The notes: generated by a model not told the origin, from the letters alone. Numbered from the stretch's first letter, positions 1-9,354 are shown. The stretch is 64,000 nt of DNA from a virus (IMGVR_UViG_3300031938_000002:6449-70448); one strand, 5' to 3'. Made by a program: numbers and translations.

Positions 1-1
1 C

Positions 2-637
2 CTGCTTCAGGTCGGCCCAGTCGACGGTGTTCACCGGGTCGGTGATGTCGCCGTGCAGCATCTTCAGCCAGTTGGCCGTCTCCTGGATGTAGTCCACGAC
101 CACCCGCACCGGGATGCGGTCCCAGAACGCCTCGGCGTCGGTGTTGTCCCCATCGGTGGGCACCTCATTGCTGGCACCGCCCACGGTGTACAGCGGGATG
201 TCGATGAACGAAGTCCCGGCCACCGGGTCGACCTGGTGGAGCTTGCGCTCATTCAGGATCGGCAGCAGGTCGTGGCCCACCGACGGGCTCATCTTGCCCA
301 TCTCATCGAGTGTGCCGAACTCCACCGCCGGCAGGTAGCCGTTGATCTGGTGGACGAGCAGGTCGTTCTCGCGCATCTGCTTCAGCGAGTACGGGCCAAG
401 GATGGCCTCCGACGGCAGGTTCTTCGACAGCAGCGCCTCGAAGTGCCGGGCGCCGACGATGGCCTTGAAGATGTTGGTGAACAGCGCCGTCTTGCCGGTG
501 CCGGGCGGCCCCAGGGCGAAGAAGTGCTGCTTGGCCAGGATGGCGATGATGACGGCCTCGATCACCTTGCGGCGCTCGGGGAACATCTCGGACAGCTCCT
601 CGATGAGGAGGTTCAGTCGCTTGGCGACAGGGTGCAT
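2..637 (-). CDS. RavA/MoxR-like AAA+ ATPase (3' end runs off the window)
   Basis: Manual translation MHPVAKRLNLLIEELSEMFPERRKVIEAVIIAILAKQHFFALGPPGTGKT...GYLPAVEFGTLDEMGK...GASNE...AFWDRI. Walker A/B and layout resemble RavA. AAGGA RBS upstream of ATG 637. Confidence 0.8.
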   Translation of the reverse strand, partial: MHPVAKRLNLLIEELSEMFPERRKVIEAVIIAILAKQHFFALGPPGTGKTALFTNIFKAIVGARHFEALLSKNLPSEAILGPYSLKQMRENDLLVHQINGYLPAVEFGTLDEMGKMSPSVGHDLLPILNERKLHQVDPVAGTSFIDIPLYTVGGASNEVPTDGDNTDAEAFWDRIPVRVVVDYIQETANWLKMLHGDITDPVNTVDWADLKQ

Positions 638-678
638 CTGCGTTTCCTTCCGGTTGAAACGAGCGTTGCGGTTGTTGG

Positions 679-1218
679 TCACATGATGGACAGGACGAAG
701 TCGTGGTGCGGCTCCTCGAAGGTGAACCACTTGTACTGCAGGGCGGCGACCTGGGCGAACGGCGTACCGAACACGTTGAAGTCCAAGCCCCAGTGGTACT
801 TGTAGGCACCGGCCATGTCGCTGGGTACCGCTCCCAGGTGCAGGGCTTCGGCCTCGATGGCGGGCCAGTGCTCTTGGTAGGCCTGGTCGCAGTCGTAGTA
901 CTGCTTGGTGTGCTCACTGTCGTCCCAGCAGTACTCGATGGTCATGCCCAGCTTGGGCTCACCGCCGGCTGGCCAGTGGCACCAGAAGCGGAACAGCCCA
1001 CGCAGCGGTTGCAGGTCGTCCCACATCCTGTACAGCACGGCCTCGCGGTTGTCGATGAACTCCGTGTACAGGTCACGGTCGCTCTCGGACTTGGCGTAGG
1101 TCTCGCGCCCGTCGGCCCACGAGTGGGACACCTCGCCCTCGGAGCCGATCCAGAAGCCGATGGGCTTGATGTCCCTGTCGATCTGCTGCTGCGGAGTCAG
1201 GTCCTTGTCGAATGTCAT
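679..1218 (-). CDS. hypothetical protein (179 aa, Trp/Tyr-rich)
   Basis: ORF with phage-like codon usage; 4-bp overlap with the ligase stop. Confidence 0.7.
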   Translation of the reverse strand: MTFDKDLTPQQQIDRDIKPIGFWIGSEGEVSHSWADGRETYAKSESDRDLYTEFIDNREAVLYRMWDDLQPLRGLFRFWCHWPAGGEPKLGMTIEYCWDDSEHTKQYYDCDQAYQEHWPAIEAEALHLGAVPSDMAGAYKYHWGLDFNVFGTPFAQVAALQYKWFTFEEPHHDFVLSIM

Positions 1219-2117
1219 GAGCGGGGGAGTCCTTCCAGTTGGGTGATGGTGGCGTCGTGCATGGTCTGGTCGGACCGGACGCCCTTGAACACGGGCTGCC
1301 GAAGCACCCCGTCACGGGTCAGGCCAAGGCACTCGACCTCGACCACCGGCAGGTCCTCGCCAGAACGGGCGTTGTCGAACAGGGCCTTCATCTCCCGGAC
1401 GTCACGCTCCCGGAAGCCAGACCCGACACGGCCGACGAGGTGGACGCCCCCCTCTGCGTCCACCATCGCCAGCCGCATCGCCCCGAACTCGGCCCGTGAG
1501 CCGCTGCCCGGGTCGTACCCCACCCCGACACAGGTGACGGAGTGGGTGACCTTGTACTTCAGCCAGTTGCGGGACCGGCCAGCCGTGTACCGGGCGGTCT
1601 TGCGCTTGGCGATGACGCCCTCGCCGCCGGCCTTGGCGATGGCGGCGTAGATGCCGGGGTCCTCGGAGGTGAACGACGGCTTGTAGTGCGGGCTGAGCCA
1701 CTGGTCAGCCAGCAGGTCCAGCCGTGCCCGCCGGGTCTGGTAGGGCACGTCCCGCAGGTCCAGGTCGTCCAGCCACAGCAGGTCGAAGGCGACGAACGTG
1801 GCGGGCATCTGGGCGGCCATCGCCTCAGCCAGCCGGGCCTTGGTCACCTTGTCTCGTCGGGCAGCGTCTTGGAATCCCTGCCCTGCGATCACCTCGCCGT
1901 CGAGCACCATCGGTATGCCGGTGCGCACCGGGGCGACCTGCAGCTCGGGCCACGACTCGGTGCACACCCGTCCATGCCGGTTGACCAGCCGCAGCATCGT
2001 GCCGTCCCAGTGCAGCAGCATCCGCACACCGTCCAGCTTGGTGTCGAAAACGTGCGTTCCTGCCAGCGAGCTCAGCGGTACGTCACCGAGCTGGGCGAGC
2101 ATCGGCTCGATGTTCAT
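1215..2117 (-). CDS. ATP-dependent DNA ligase (LigC/LigD-ligase-like, 300 aa)
   Basis: MNIEPMLA start, motif I TKLDGVR, LDGEVI, FVAFDLLW, EGVIAK, WLKYK, OB domain with GRVGSGF and LRQPVF. Confidence 0.93.
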   Translation of the reverse strand: MNIEPMLAQLGDVPLSSLAGTHVFDTKLDGVRMLLHWDGTMLRLVNRHGRVCTESWPELQVAPVRTGIPMVLDGEVIAGQGFQDAARRDKVTKARLAEAMAAQMPATFVAFDLLWLDDLDLRDVPYQTRRARLDLLADQWLSPHYKPSFTSEDPGIYAAIAKAGGEGVIAKRKTARYTAGRSRNWLKYKVTHSVTCVGVGYDPGSGSRAEFGAMRLAMVDAEGGVHLVGRVGSGFRERDVREMKALFDNARSGEDLPVVEVECLGLTRDGVLRQPVFKGVRSDQTMHDATITQLEGLPRS

Positions 2118-2596
2118 GCTGACTCCTTCGCCAGGTCCGGCCCGGCCCACGGCGAGGCTCTGGGGTAGTCGGACAGGAACTTCTTGGTGCCGGGGTCGTA
2201 GTCGGCCTCGGGCACCAGGCGGTAGGTCTTCTCCTGCCACCTGTCCGTGCGGTTGGGGGCGAACATCACCCCGGTCGACCCGGCCGGGACGGCGGCGTGC
2301 CAGTCGCCCCAGGCGGACATCACCTGCGGGTCCCCGGAGGCGATGCGGGCCGCGATGGCCTTGTTCTCCTCGGTGGCCTTGCGTGCCGGCTCGGCGCACC
2401 TGTCGTGCAGTCGGATGCCACCCTCGGCGCGGTAGCACGACGTGCACAGGGCTGGCGCCTTGCAGTAGGCCAGCGAGTAGTTCGGGCCGTCCTGCGGGTA
2501 GGCCACCCTGTGGGGGCAGGTGCGCTTGCGCACCCCACCCGTGTTGCCGCACCTGTCGCAGGCCAGCGCGCCGTTCCTGCCGTAGCCGTACCCCAT
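2114..2596 (-). CDS. hypothetical Cys-rich (Zn-finger-like) protein
   Basis: CDRCG, CPH and CTSC motifs; translationally coupled between Ku and ligase. Confidence 0.7.
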   Translation of the reverse strand: MGYGYGRNGALACDRCGNTGGVRKRTCPHRVAYPQDGPNYSLAYCKAPALCTSCYRAEGGIRLHDRCAEPARKATEENKAIAARIASGDPQVMSAWGDWHAAVPAGSTGVMFAPNRTDRWQEKTYRLVPEADYDPGTKKFLSDYPRASPWAGPDLAKESA

Positions 2597-3453
2597 CAGG
2601 CAGCCTCCTTCTTGGTCTTGGCCTTGCGGGCCTTGGGCTTGCCGTCCTCGCCCACCGCAGCCAGCGACGCTGCCAGGGAGGCGGTGAAGTCTGCCACGGG
2701 GGCAGCCTCCTTCGTGCCGGACTTGGAGGTACTCAGGACGACCGTCTCCTCGGGGGACTTGGACGCCACCAGCTCCGCCATCTTGGTCTCGAACTCCGAC
2801 ACGTACACGGCCGGGTCGTAGTCCTTGGTGGTGCCGGCCACGAGCATGTCCATCTGGCTCTGGGTGAAGGCGTCCAGCAGGGTGGGCGCCGGCTGGGCCT
2901 CCACCTTGATGGCCTCGGTGCGGGCCACCTGCACCATGAGCATGGTGGTGCCGAACATCCGGAACTCATACAGGTTCGGCTTGCCCTGCGGCGACCACGT
3001 CCCCAGGAACGCGACCTCGGGGTGGCGGGCCATGGCGTCCACCAGGTGGTCCCACCCGATGCTGGGCTGGGCGGACAGCCAGTACACCGACCCGGAGGGG
3101 ATGGTGCTGGAACGGACGTTCTCGACCGGGTGGGGGGTCAGGGCGATCCTGTCCTTGGTGGCCTCGGCCGCCGCCTTCTTGATGGCCTCCCGCTCGCCGG
3201 CGTCGAGCAGGACACCGCCGCCGTCGCCGGTGGGGGCCACGGAGCGGAAGGTGGCCGGGTCACTGTTCTCGCAGTCCGGGACCGGGCAGACGCGGGTCTG
3301 CTTGATCTGGGTGGCGACGTGGGTGTGCTGTTCGTCCTTGCCGGTGCACACGATGGTGTTGCCCGCCTCCTTCTCGATGGCGGTGTAGACGTTCACCTGG
3401 GCGCTGGCGAGGGCCAGCGACACGGTGATCTTGGTGCGGTATGCGCGAGGCAT
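2596..3453 (-). CDS. ku: Ku-like DNA end-binding protein
   Basis: Colinear with bacterial Ku: N-terminal TKITVSLALASAQVNVYTA, Cys in RVC, YWL, DYDPAVYVSEFETKMAELVASK (cf. DFNPDRYHDTYQEQLQELI), VADFTASLAASL, basic tail. Confidence 0.85.
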   Translation of the reverse strand: MPRAYRTKITVSLALASAQVNVYTAIEKEAGNTIVCTGKDEQHTHVATQIKQTRVCPVPDCENSDPATFRSVAPTGDGGGVLLDAGEREAIKKAAAEATKDRIALTPHPVENVRSSTIPSGSVYWLSAQPSIGWDHLVDAMARHPEVAFLGTWSPQGKPNLYEFRMFGTTMLMVQVARTEAIKVEAQPAPTLLDAFTQSQMDMLVAGTTKDYDPAVYVSEFETKMAELVASKSPEETVVLSTSKSGTKEAAPVADFTASLAASLAAVGEDGKPKARKAKTKKEAA

Positions 3454-3464
3454 GTGGTTCCTTC

Positions 3465-4625
3465 CTAGGAGGCGAATCGGACGGGCATCTGGATGATCCG
3501 GAGGCCCGGGGCGAGGTCGGACTCGAACCGCAGCGGCTTGGTGGGCTCGGTGGTGCAGATGCTCACCGTGCCGGCGGGCAAGGCCCGCAGGCAGTCGAGC
3601 AGGTAGTGGGGGTCGAGCCCGTACACGTTGCCCAGCCCCACGGCGTGGTGCGCCGGGACCGGGACGGAGCACACCTCCCCGTCGTCGGTGTTCACCTTCA
3701 CCGTGGCCGCCCCCTCCCACATGGCCAGCTTCACCGGCACGTTGCGCTCCACCGACGGCAGCACCTGACGCACCGCCTCGATCAGGGCGTCCCGGTCCAG
3801 GTCGGTGCGGTTGGTCTTGGGGGCCTCCACGATGGACTGCGTCCTCGGGAACTCGCCCTCGATCAGGCGGGTGGTCAGGGTGTACTGGCCGGCACGCACC
3901 GTCATGGTGCGCAGGGTCGGGTCGTAGGACAGCGACACCTGTCCCCGGCCCTTGATGAGCGGCAGGTACTGGTCGAAGTCCAGCGGCACCAGCATCTCCG
4001 GCCCCTCCCGGAAGTGACCGGAGGCGAAGCGGTACTCGGCCAGCCGGTACCTGTCGGTGGCGAGCAGGGTGATGTCGTTGTCGGTGGTCGCCACCTTCAC
4101 CGTGTTGAGGATGGGCAGCACCATGCTGCCCTTCTCCGCGGCGAACCGGGTCGCCTCCCACATCGCCAGCAGCGTCCCGCCGCCCACCGCGGCACGGAAC
4201 TCCGTGCTGGTGGTGTGGATGTCGGGGGTCTGCGGGTACTCCTCCGGCTCCGGGTGGATGCCCAGCGGCACCTGCCGGGGGCCGACGGTGGCAACGCCCG
4301 TTCTGCCGTCGGTGCGCACCGACACGCCCATCGCCAGCGCCTTGACGGACGTGCCGCCCGGCTTGACCGCTGCGGCCAACGTGGCGGCACGCACCAGGGT
4401 GCGGCCGTGGCCGGTCAGCGGAGCCTCCATGGCGATGGTGGTCTCGTAGTTGGTGGCCCAGATCAGGCCGGCGTCGGCGTCCAGGCACACGTACTGGAAG
4501 ATCGGGATGCCTCGCCCGTGGCGGGGCTTGGTGAGCTTCTCCAGTGCCTTGACCAGCGGGAGGAGGGCTCCCCTGGTGGTGGCGAAGCCGATGGGGGAGG
4601 TGGTGGTGCTGGGTGCGAGGCTCAT
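3465..4625 (-). CDS. dnaN: DNA polymerase III beta sliding clamp homolog
   Basis: ATNYE, PILNTV, LLATDRYRLA and RLIEGEFP motifs; 386 aa; AAGGAG RBS. Confidence 0.9.
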   Translation of the reverse strand: MSLAPSTTTSPIGFATTRGALLPLVKALEKLTKPRHGRGIPIFQYVCLDADAGLIWATNYETTIAMEAPLTGHGRTLVRAATLAAAVKPGGTSVKALAMGVSVRTDGRTGVATVGPRQVPLGIHPEPEEYPQTPDIHTTSTEFRAAVGGGTLLAMWEATRFAAEKGSMVLPILNTVKVATTDNDITLLATDRYRLAEYRFASGHFREGPEMLVPLDFDQYLPLIKGRGQVSLSYDPTLRTMTVRAGQYTLTTRLIEGEFPRTQSIVEAPKTNRTDLDRDALIEAVRQVLPSVERNVPVKLAMWEGAATVKVNTDDGEVCSVPVPAHHAVGLGNVYGLDPHYLLDCLRALPAGTVSICTTEPTKPLRFESDLAPGLRIIQMPVRFAS

Positions 4626-4729
4626 GGCCTCTCCTTCCTTCCTGTGAAACACGAAGCCCGCCCCCACTGTGGGGACGGGCTGGAAACGAACGTTGTTGCG
4701 TCAGTCGAAGTCGTCGGGGTGCTCGATCT

Positions 4730-5059
4730 TCACGGCCTCGCGGGCGGAGTCTGCCGCCCGTCCATGCGGGCGATGGCCTCCGTCAACGTGATCGGCTGCC
4801 AGCCGGTCTCGTAGTCCACGGGGAAGGCCCCGCCGACACGAACCGTCTCCAACTCCGCGATGGACACGTAGCCCAACTCGGCGTTCTGACGGTCACCGAG
4901 GCAGGCCCAGCCGAAGGCGATGTCCTCAGCCGGGTCGTACTCGGTGACGAACCAGTCGCAGCCCCCCACGAAGTAGTGGGCGTAGACCTTGGCCTCGTAG
5001 CCCTTCCCGTCCTGTGAGTACAGGGACGGTGTGGCCTTTGGCGGTCGTCGCAGTTTCAT
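4730..5059 (-). CDS. DUF2958-like protein
   Basis: HYFVGGCDWFVTEYDP...FGWACLG...AELGYVSIAELE pattern. Confidence 0.75.
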   Translation of the reverse strand: MKLRRPPKATPSLYSQDGKGYEAKVYAHYFVGGCDWFVTEYDPAEDIAFGWACLGDRQNAELGYVSIAELETVRVGGAFPVDYETGWQPITLTEAIARMDGRQTPPARP

Positions 5060-5247
5060 TGGTTGCTCCCTTCATTCCCCTTCTCGATGCGGTCGGCCAG
5101 GGCCTTCAGGTCCTCGCTGACCTTGGCTGCAAGGACGATCAGGTCCTCGTCGGCCCACTCACCCCAGACGAAGTCGACGGCCTGCGCGAAGTTGCGCAGA
5201 CCGTCGGGAGCCATGTGGGTGTGGGTGGCGTATGGCATCGCTGCCAT
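5056..5247 (-). CDS. hypothetical protein (63 aa)
   Basis: GGAGG RBS; overlaps the next gene by 4 bp. Confidence 0.6.
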   Translation of the reverse strand: MAAMPYATHTHMAPDGLRNFAQAVDFVWGEWADEDLIVLAAKVSEDLKALADRIEKGNEGSNQ

Positions 5248-5255
5248 GGCACCTC

Positions 5256-5621
5256 CTAGTACTCGAAGTCGCACTCCTGGTTGAGGCAGTACCCGTACGG
5301 GTCGACGTCGCCGTCCATGCTGGCAGCGTTCTGGTAGCCGTCGAACAACGGCCACCCGCACTCGGGGCACTGGTTGCGGGGGTTCTCGCGCAGCAGCGCG
5401 GTGATGCGCTCACGTCCGTGGCCGTGGAAGCGCCAGACCCGCACGACGTGCACCAGGTCCGGGAAGGCCCTGTCGAGCACGTCGAGCTGGTCCTCGGTGG
5501 CGGCCATCATCGTGGCCACCAACAGGTTGGTGAACGGGTCGGCCTTCTTGTGCATGGCCTTGGACCACAAGGCCACCTCGGTCATGGGCAGTGGCTCAAC
5601 GTCCGTTGTGAGCGTCGTCAT
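5256..5621 (-). CDS. hypothetical protein with C-terminal Zn ribbon
   Basis: MTTLTTDVE start with GAGG RBS; CPECG...CLNQEC. Confidence 0.7.
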   Translation of the reverse strand: MTTLTTDVEPLPMTEVALWSKAMHKKADPFTNLLVATMMAATEDQLDVLDRAFPDLVHVVRVWRFHGHGRERITALLRENPRNQCPECGWPLFDGYQNAASMDGDVDPYGYCLNQECDFEY

Positions 5622-5631
5622 CGGTGCCTCC

Positions 5632-6699
5632 TCAGGCGTGGATGTAGGACAGCGACTGCGACACGTCGGCAATGCGCTGCCCGAGCCAAGCGGCCATGCC
5701 GACGTGCATGGCGTTGCCCAGCGCCTCACCACGGGCCGACTCCGAGATGCCCTCGGTGTGCCCGGTGGGGAACCCCTGCAGCCGCTCCCACTCCTCCAGG
5801 GTGAACGCCCGCACACGGCCGTCGGGGTGCAGCACCATGTGCTTCTGCCAGCCGGCGCCGCCCCAGTCCATGGAGGCCAGGGTGTTGGCGTGGGTGGCAA
5901 TCGGCCACGTCTCGTAGCCGCCCTCGGACAGCTTGGCGCGAGGGTTGGAGGACTTGCGGAAGATCACCTCTCCGCCAGGTCCTTCAGCGCTTGCAAGAGA
6001 CGCGGGTCCACCGCCTTGGCGGGTGCCGACGAGACGCGGGGCACGAGGTTGCGGGCCGTCTCCGAGGATGCCCAGCACTTGTGCTGCGGGGGTGGGGTCG
6101 GTCCCACGATGTGCGACCACCATGAGGCGGAGTCGCTTCTGGGGGCTGTGGTACCCGGCGGGGGTGACGAAGTCTCGCCCGTCCAGCACCCGGTAGGCCC
6201 CCACATACCCGAGGTCCCCCAAGCTTCGGGTGAGGGCGGCCAGGTCCCATCCGGTACGGTCCACTCCGTCACCACCCTTGGCAACGCTAACTCGGCCTGG
6301 GCTTCGCACGAGCCGGTCCACGTTCTCGATGACCACCCATCGGGGACGGGTGGAGTCGATGAGTCGAAGGTACTCGTTGAGGAGCCGGTAGAACTCCCAC
6401 CAGGTGCCGGACTGGTCTCCCTTGAGGAGTCCACGGCCACGAGCCTTGCCCTTGGAGATGTCCTCGCAGGGGAACCCTGCAATTGCGAGGTCAGGTTGGC
6501 CAACATCTGCGGCGACCACCCCATGGATGTCCCCCTTCCTGGGAACGTCAGGCCAGTGGCGCGCGAGCACCGTCTGGCAGTTGGTGTCCTTCTCGATGAA
6601 GACGGTGGGCCTGTAGAACAGGGAGCCGTCGGGGTTGCGGACCTGCTCGAAGCCGACCTCGAACCCACCGATGCCGGCGAAGGCCGACAGGTACCTCAC
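5632..6699 (-). CDS. C5 cytosine DNA methyltransferase
   Basis: Motif I FAGIGG, IV AGFPC, VI IENV, VIII QKRLRL, X ALGNAM. Confidence 0.93.
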   Translation of the reverse strand: MRYLSAFAGIGGFEVGFEQVRNPDGSLFYRPTVFIEKDTNCQTVLARHWPDVPRKGDIHGVVAADVGQPDLAIAGFPCEDISKGKARGRGLLKGDQSGTWWEFYRLLNEYLRLIDSTRPRWVVIENVDRLVRSPGRVSVAKGGDGVDRTGWDLAALTRSLGDLGYVGAYRVLDGRDFVTPAGYHSPQKRLRLMVVAHRGTDPTPAAQVLGILGDGPQPRAPRLVGTRQGGGPASLASAEGPGGEVIFRKSSNPRAKLSEGGYETWPIATHANTLASMDWGGAGWQKHMVLHPDGRVRAFTLEEWERLQGFPTGHTEGISESARGEALGNAMHVGMAAWLGQRIADVSQSLSYIHA

Positions 6700-6929
6700 C
6701 TCAGGTCACCCAGCCCGAGGTCGTGCAAACGCCCGTTGACGAAGTCCGCCACGATGGGTGGCAGGGCGTGGCCCGTCTCGTCACGGGTCACCAACAGCTC
6801 GGCTGCTGCGTCACACGCCTCGGCGTTGCGGATGTGCCCACTGGCCTGCCAGCGGGCCGCCTGCAAGCGCAGCGCGGCCACTCTGTCGGCGTTGGGGGCG
6901 ATGGTCACCTCACCCTTGACCAGGTACAT
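6696..6929 (-). CDS. hypothetical protein (77 aa)
   Basis: Coupled overlap with the MTase start; GGAG RBS. Confidence 0.6.
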   Translation of the reverse strand: MYLVKGEVTIAPNADRVAALRLQAARWQASGHIRNAEACDAAAELLVTRDETGHALPPIVADFVNGRLHDLGLGDLR

Positions 6930-7230
6930 CGGGTCTCCTCTCGTCGGGGTTGTTCCAGGACCCGGACAGTCCCGCCTCGTGCAGCAGGCGGAAGGCGCTG
7001 CGTTGGGACCCCTTGGTCACGAACACGGCGCTGTCGTTGTCCGAGCCGTCGTGCCGCTCGTCCTCTGCCACCCACCAGGACTCCACCTGCCCGAAGTGGC
7101 CAGGCCCCTGGTCGTACAGGCTCGTGCCTGGTCGGGGCAGCAGCCTCGTCAGGGCGGCCTCGATGACGTCGTCCGGTGCACTGCCTTCGACGTTCAGGTT
7201 GATGGCCACGAGGACCACTCGCTCGCTCAC
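6910..7230 (-). CDS. hypothetical protein (106 aa)
   Basis: GTG start overlapping the upstream stop; phage-like codon usage. Confidence 0.65.
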   Translation of the reverse strand: MSERVVLVAINLNVEGSAPDDVIEAALTRLLPRPGTSLYDQGPGHFGQVESWWVAEDERHDGSDNDSAVFVTKGSQRSAFRLLHEAGLSGSWNNPDERRPDVPGQG

Positions 7231-7394
7231 TGCTTCTTCTCCTCGGTGATGAGCCGGCGCATCCCGTCCTTGGTGTCGGACCGTAGGTAGATGCTCCTGG
7301 CGCGTGGGTTGGGGCTGGTGGCGATCCAGTGCAGTCCCATCGAGTTGGGCCGGTCACGGCGGACCGTGACGCCCTTGTACGTCCAGTCGTCCAT
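7227..7394 (-). CDS. hypothetical protein (55 aa)
   Basis: MDDWTYKG start overlapping the upstream TGA. Confidence 0.6.
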   Translation of the reverse strand: MDDWTYKGVTVRRDRPNSMGLHWIATSPNPRARSIYLRSDTKDGMRRLITEEKKQ

Positions 7395-7711
7395 CAGGCG
7401 ACGTGGGCGGTGACGTCGGTGACCGCGTTGTCGATGTCGACGGAGATGATGGTGGCGCCCAGCGCGGCGGTGATGTGCTCGACCTCCATGGCCGCTCGCA
7501 CCGCCTGCACGGCGTCCTCCTTGCAGGTTCGGCCGCCGTAGGAGCCCAGCCGGTTGCCCTTGCGGTCGTAGGCGACGAAGCCCATGGCGTAGTCGCCGTT
7601 GACCATGCCGATGCACTGGTCGCCCTGCATCACGTCGTAGGAACTCTTCCTGCGCATCTTCGCCACGACCGGGGGCCGGGGGATGTGCAGGGGAGTGGGG
7701 TTGGTGGTCAT
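7394..7711 (-). CDS. hypothetical protein (105 aa)
   Basis: GGAAGG RBS; C/G-ending codons. Confidence 0.65.
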   Translation of the reverse strand: MTTNPTPLHIPRPPVVAKMRRKSSYDVMQGDQCIGMVNGDYAMGFVAYDRKGNRLGSYGGRTCKEDAVQAVRAAMEVEHITAALGATIISVDIDNAVTDVTAHVA

Positions 7712-7823
7712 GGTGCTCGTTGTCCTTCCTCGTGGGGTGGCGCCGTGTTGGCGCCGCTTGTTGCGACGGAAACGTTCGTCGTCGCGCCATGCACGGCGCA
7801 TCGCGCGCGGCTGCACGTCGGGC

Positions 7824-7916
7824 CTACCCGCCCAGCAGGTGGGCCAAGGCGCGCAGGACCGCCATGAAGAGCGCCACGCACATCAGGTAGAGCAACTCGG
7901 GGCTGTACCAGAGCAC
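7824..7916 (-). CDS. small hydrophobic peptide (30 aa)
   Basis: AAGGAGG RBS then GTG; LWYSPELLYLMCVALFMAVLRALAHLLGG. Confidence 0.5.
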   Translation of the reverse strand: MLWYSPELLYLMCVALFMAVLRALAHLLGG

Positions 7917-7917
7917 G

Positions 7918-8025
7918 TCAGTCCTCCTTGTGAGGGCCAAGGGAGATACGTCCGTACCACCCCAGGCATGTTGCGACGGCCGCCCACCCGAGTGCGTAGA
8001 GCGGCCAGAACAGGTACGGGCTCAC
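7918..8025 (-). CDS. small hydrophobic peptide (35 aa)
   Basis: GTG start just after the upstream stop; SPYLFWPLYALGWAAVATCLGWYG. Confidence 0.4.
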   Translation of the reverse strand: MSPYLFWPLYALGWAAVATCLGWYGRISLGPHKED

Positions 8026-8026
8026 C

Positions 8027-8497
8027 TCAGCCGGCGTCCGGCAGGGCGCGGATGATGTGCTGGCCGGCGGGACGTGACTGGGCGAACGTGGTGGCGGCGG
8101 TGCGCCCGTGGATGAGGCTGACGTACTGGTCGCCCAGGAACGGCTCGTGGCGCCACACCTCGTACCAGACGTCGTCCCAGTTGGTCGTGGGCTCGACAGG
8201 CTGCGGCTCGACCACCTCGACCACCACCGGCTCGATGACCGGCGCGGCAACGCCCGTTTGCACGGCGTGGTGCTCGTAGGAGGACCGGGGCAGGGGCAGC
8301 CCGGGACGCCACATCTCGTACCTGGCGTCGAAGGTGCCCGTGGAGGGCACCGGGACGACGCGCGCGCTCGTCTGCGGCGCCGTCATCATCGTCAGGGCAC
8401 GGGCCAGCGCGTCAGCCTTGGGGGCGCTGGCCGTAGCCAGCACCCCCGGGCTGTACGTGCAGGCGCAGTGCTCCATCTCATGGGGGCACTTGCGCAT
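8027..8497 (-). CDS. hypothetical protein (about 156 aa)
   Basis: ORF in the leftward operon with typical codon usage. Confidence 0.6.
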   Translation of the reverse strand: MRKCPHEMEHCACTYSPGVLATASAPKADALARALTMMTAPQTSARVVPVPSTGTFDARYEMWRPGLPLPRSSYEHHAVQTGVAAPVIEPVVVEVVEPQPVEPTTNWDDVWYEVWRHEPFLGDQYVSLIHGRTAATTFAQSRPAGQHIIRALPDAG

Positions 8498-8503
8498 GGT
8501 GCG

Positions 8504-9007
8504 TCAGGCCTGCGCGAAGATCGCGGCGAACGCGTCCTTGGCCGCCTGGGCCTTGTCCTTGGCCTTGGCCTGCTTGTCCTCCGGGGACGCGGTGGACTTG
8601 CGGGTCACGTTGGCCTTGATGTTCCACAGGCCGTCGCTCGTGACGCTGATGGACACGGACAGGGTCCGCTCCTCACCGATGCTCGGGAGCGTCACGACGC
8701 CCTGGAACGACGCCTTCTCGCGCTGCACCTGGGGCTTGCCGTTGTACTCCGCGGCGGTGAGCCCGTGGTTGAGCGTGATCGGCAGCCCGTCGACCTTGAT
8801 GCTCGTGGGGAGCTTCTTCGACAGGGGTGCCCACGGCACGCCGAAGCGCGAGGGGCGCTTGAACTGCTGCTTGCTCGCGTCGTAGTCGCAGAAGGCGAAG
8901 TACGTGCGCCCGTCAGCGCGGGGCTCGTGCGTCTCCTTGTCCAGCACGGCCACCTCCATCAGGGGGAGGCTCGTGCCGGCGACGTCCATGACGAGGTGCT
9001 TGCTCAT
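8504..9007 (-). CDS. hypothetical protein (167 aa), first large gene of the leftward arm
   Basis: MSKHLVMD start; very strong C/G third-position bias; Lys/Ala-rich C-terminus. Confidence 0.8.
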   Translation of the reverse strand: MSKHLVMDVAGTSLPLMEVAVLDKETHEPRADGRTYFAFCDYDASKQQFKRPSRFGVPWAPLSKKLPTSIKVDGLPITLNHGLTAAEYNGKPQVQREKASFQGVVTLPSIGEERTLSVSISVTSDGLWNIKANVTRKSTASPEDKQAKAKDKAQAAKDAFAAIFAQA

Positions 9008-9051
9008 GATGTGTCCATCTCTCTGTGATGGCCACGGCTCGATGCTCGTGG

Positions 9052-9094
9052 CTCCCATGGGCACAGGTGGAGAGGCCACCTGTGCCCGTGGGAG
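9052..9094. promoter_or_regulatory. 19-bp stem hairpin in the leader of the leftward operon
   Basis: CTCCCATGGGCACAGGTGG-agagg-CCACCTGTGCCCGTGGGAG (one G.U-type pair). Confidence 0.6.
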
Positions 9095-9354
9095 TCGCTG
9101 TCCCGCAACGGGCGTTTCACCTCGTTGACGCGCCCAGACTTGTGCCCGTGGGGCCATGTATTTTTGTGGCGCCGCTCGCCGGCATGTGCCGGGTCCTCGC
9201 GTGCTCCCCACCGTGGTGGGTGACCTCCCCACGGGCATCAAGCCTGTGGTCGTGCTCCGCCTCAGTGGCGGTGGTGTCACGGCTGCCCCTGTCACTGGTG
9301 CCGCACGCTTACGTTCTCGTGACTCGTCCCCCGTTGCGTCAGCATGGTCGGGGA

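Noticed and set aside
2596-4488. 630-aa ORF and other over-extended ORF-track starts (1215-2552, 8504-9358, 25237-27387, 28056-29903)
   Set aside because: The upstream extensions overlap neighbouring genes. RBS position and homology place the real starts at 3453, 2117, 9007, 25750 and 28218.
6696-8497. Labelling the small leftward ORFs as anti-CRISPR or anti-defence genes
   Set aside because: Position is suggestive but no recognisable motif supports a specific call.
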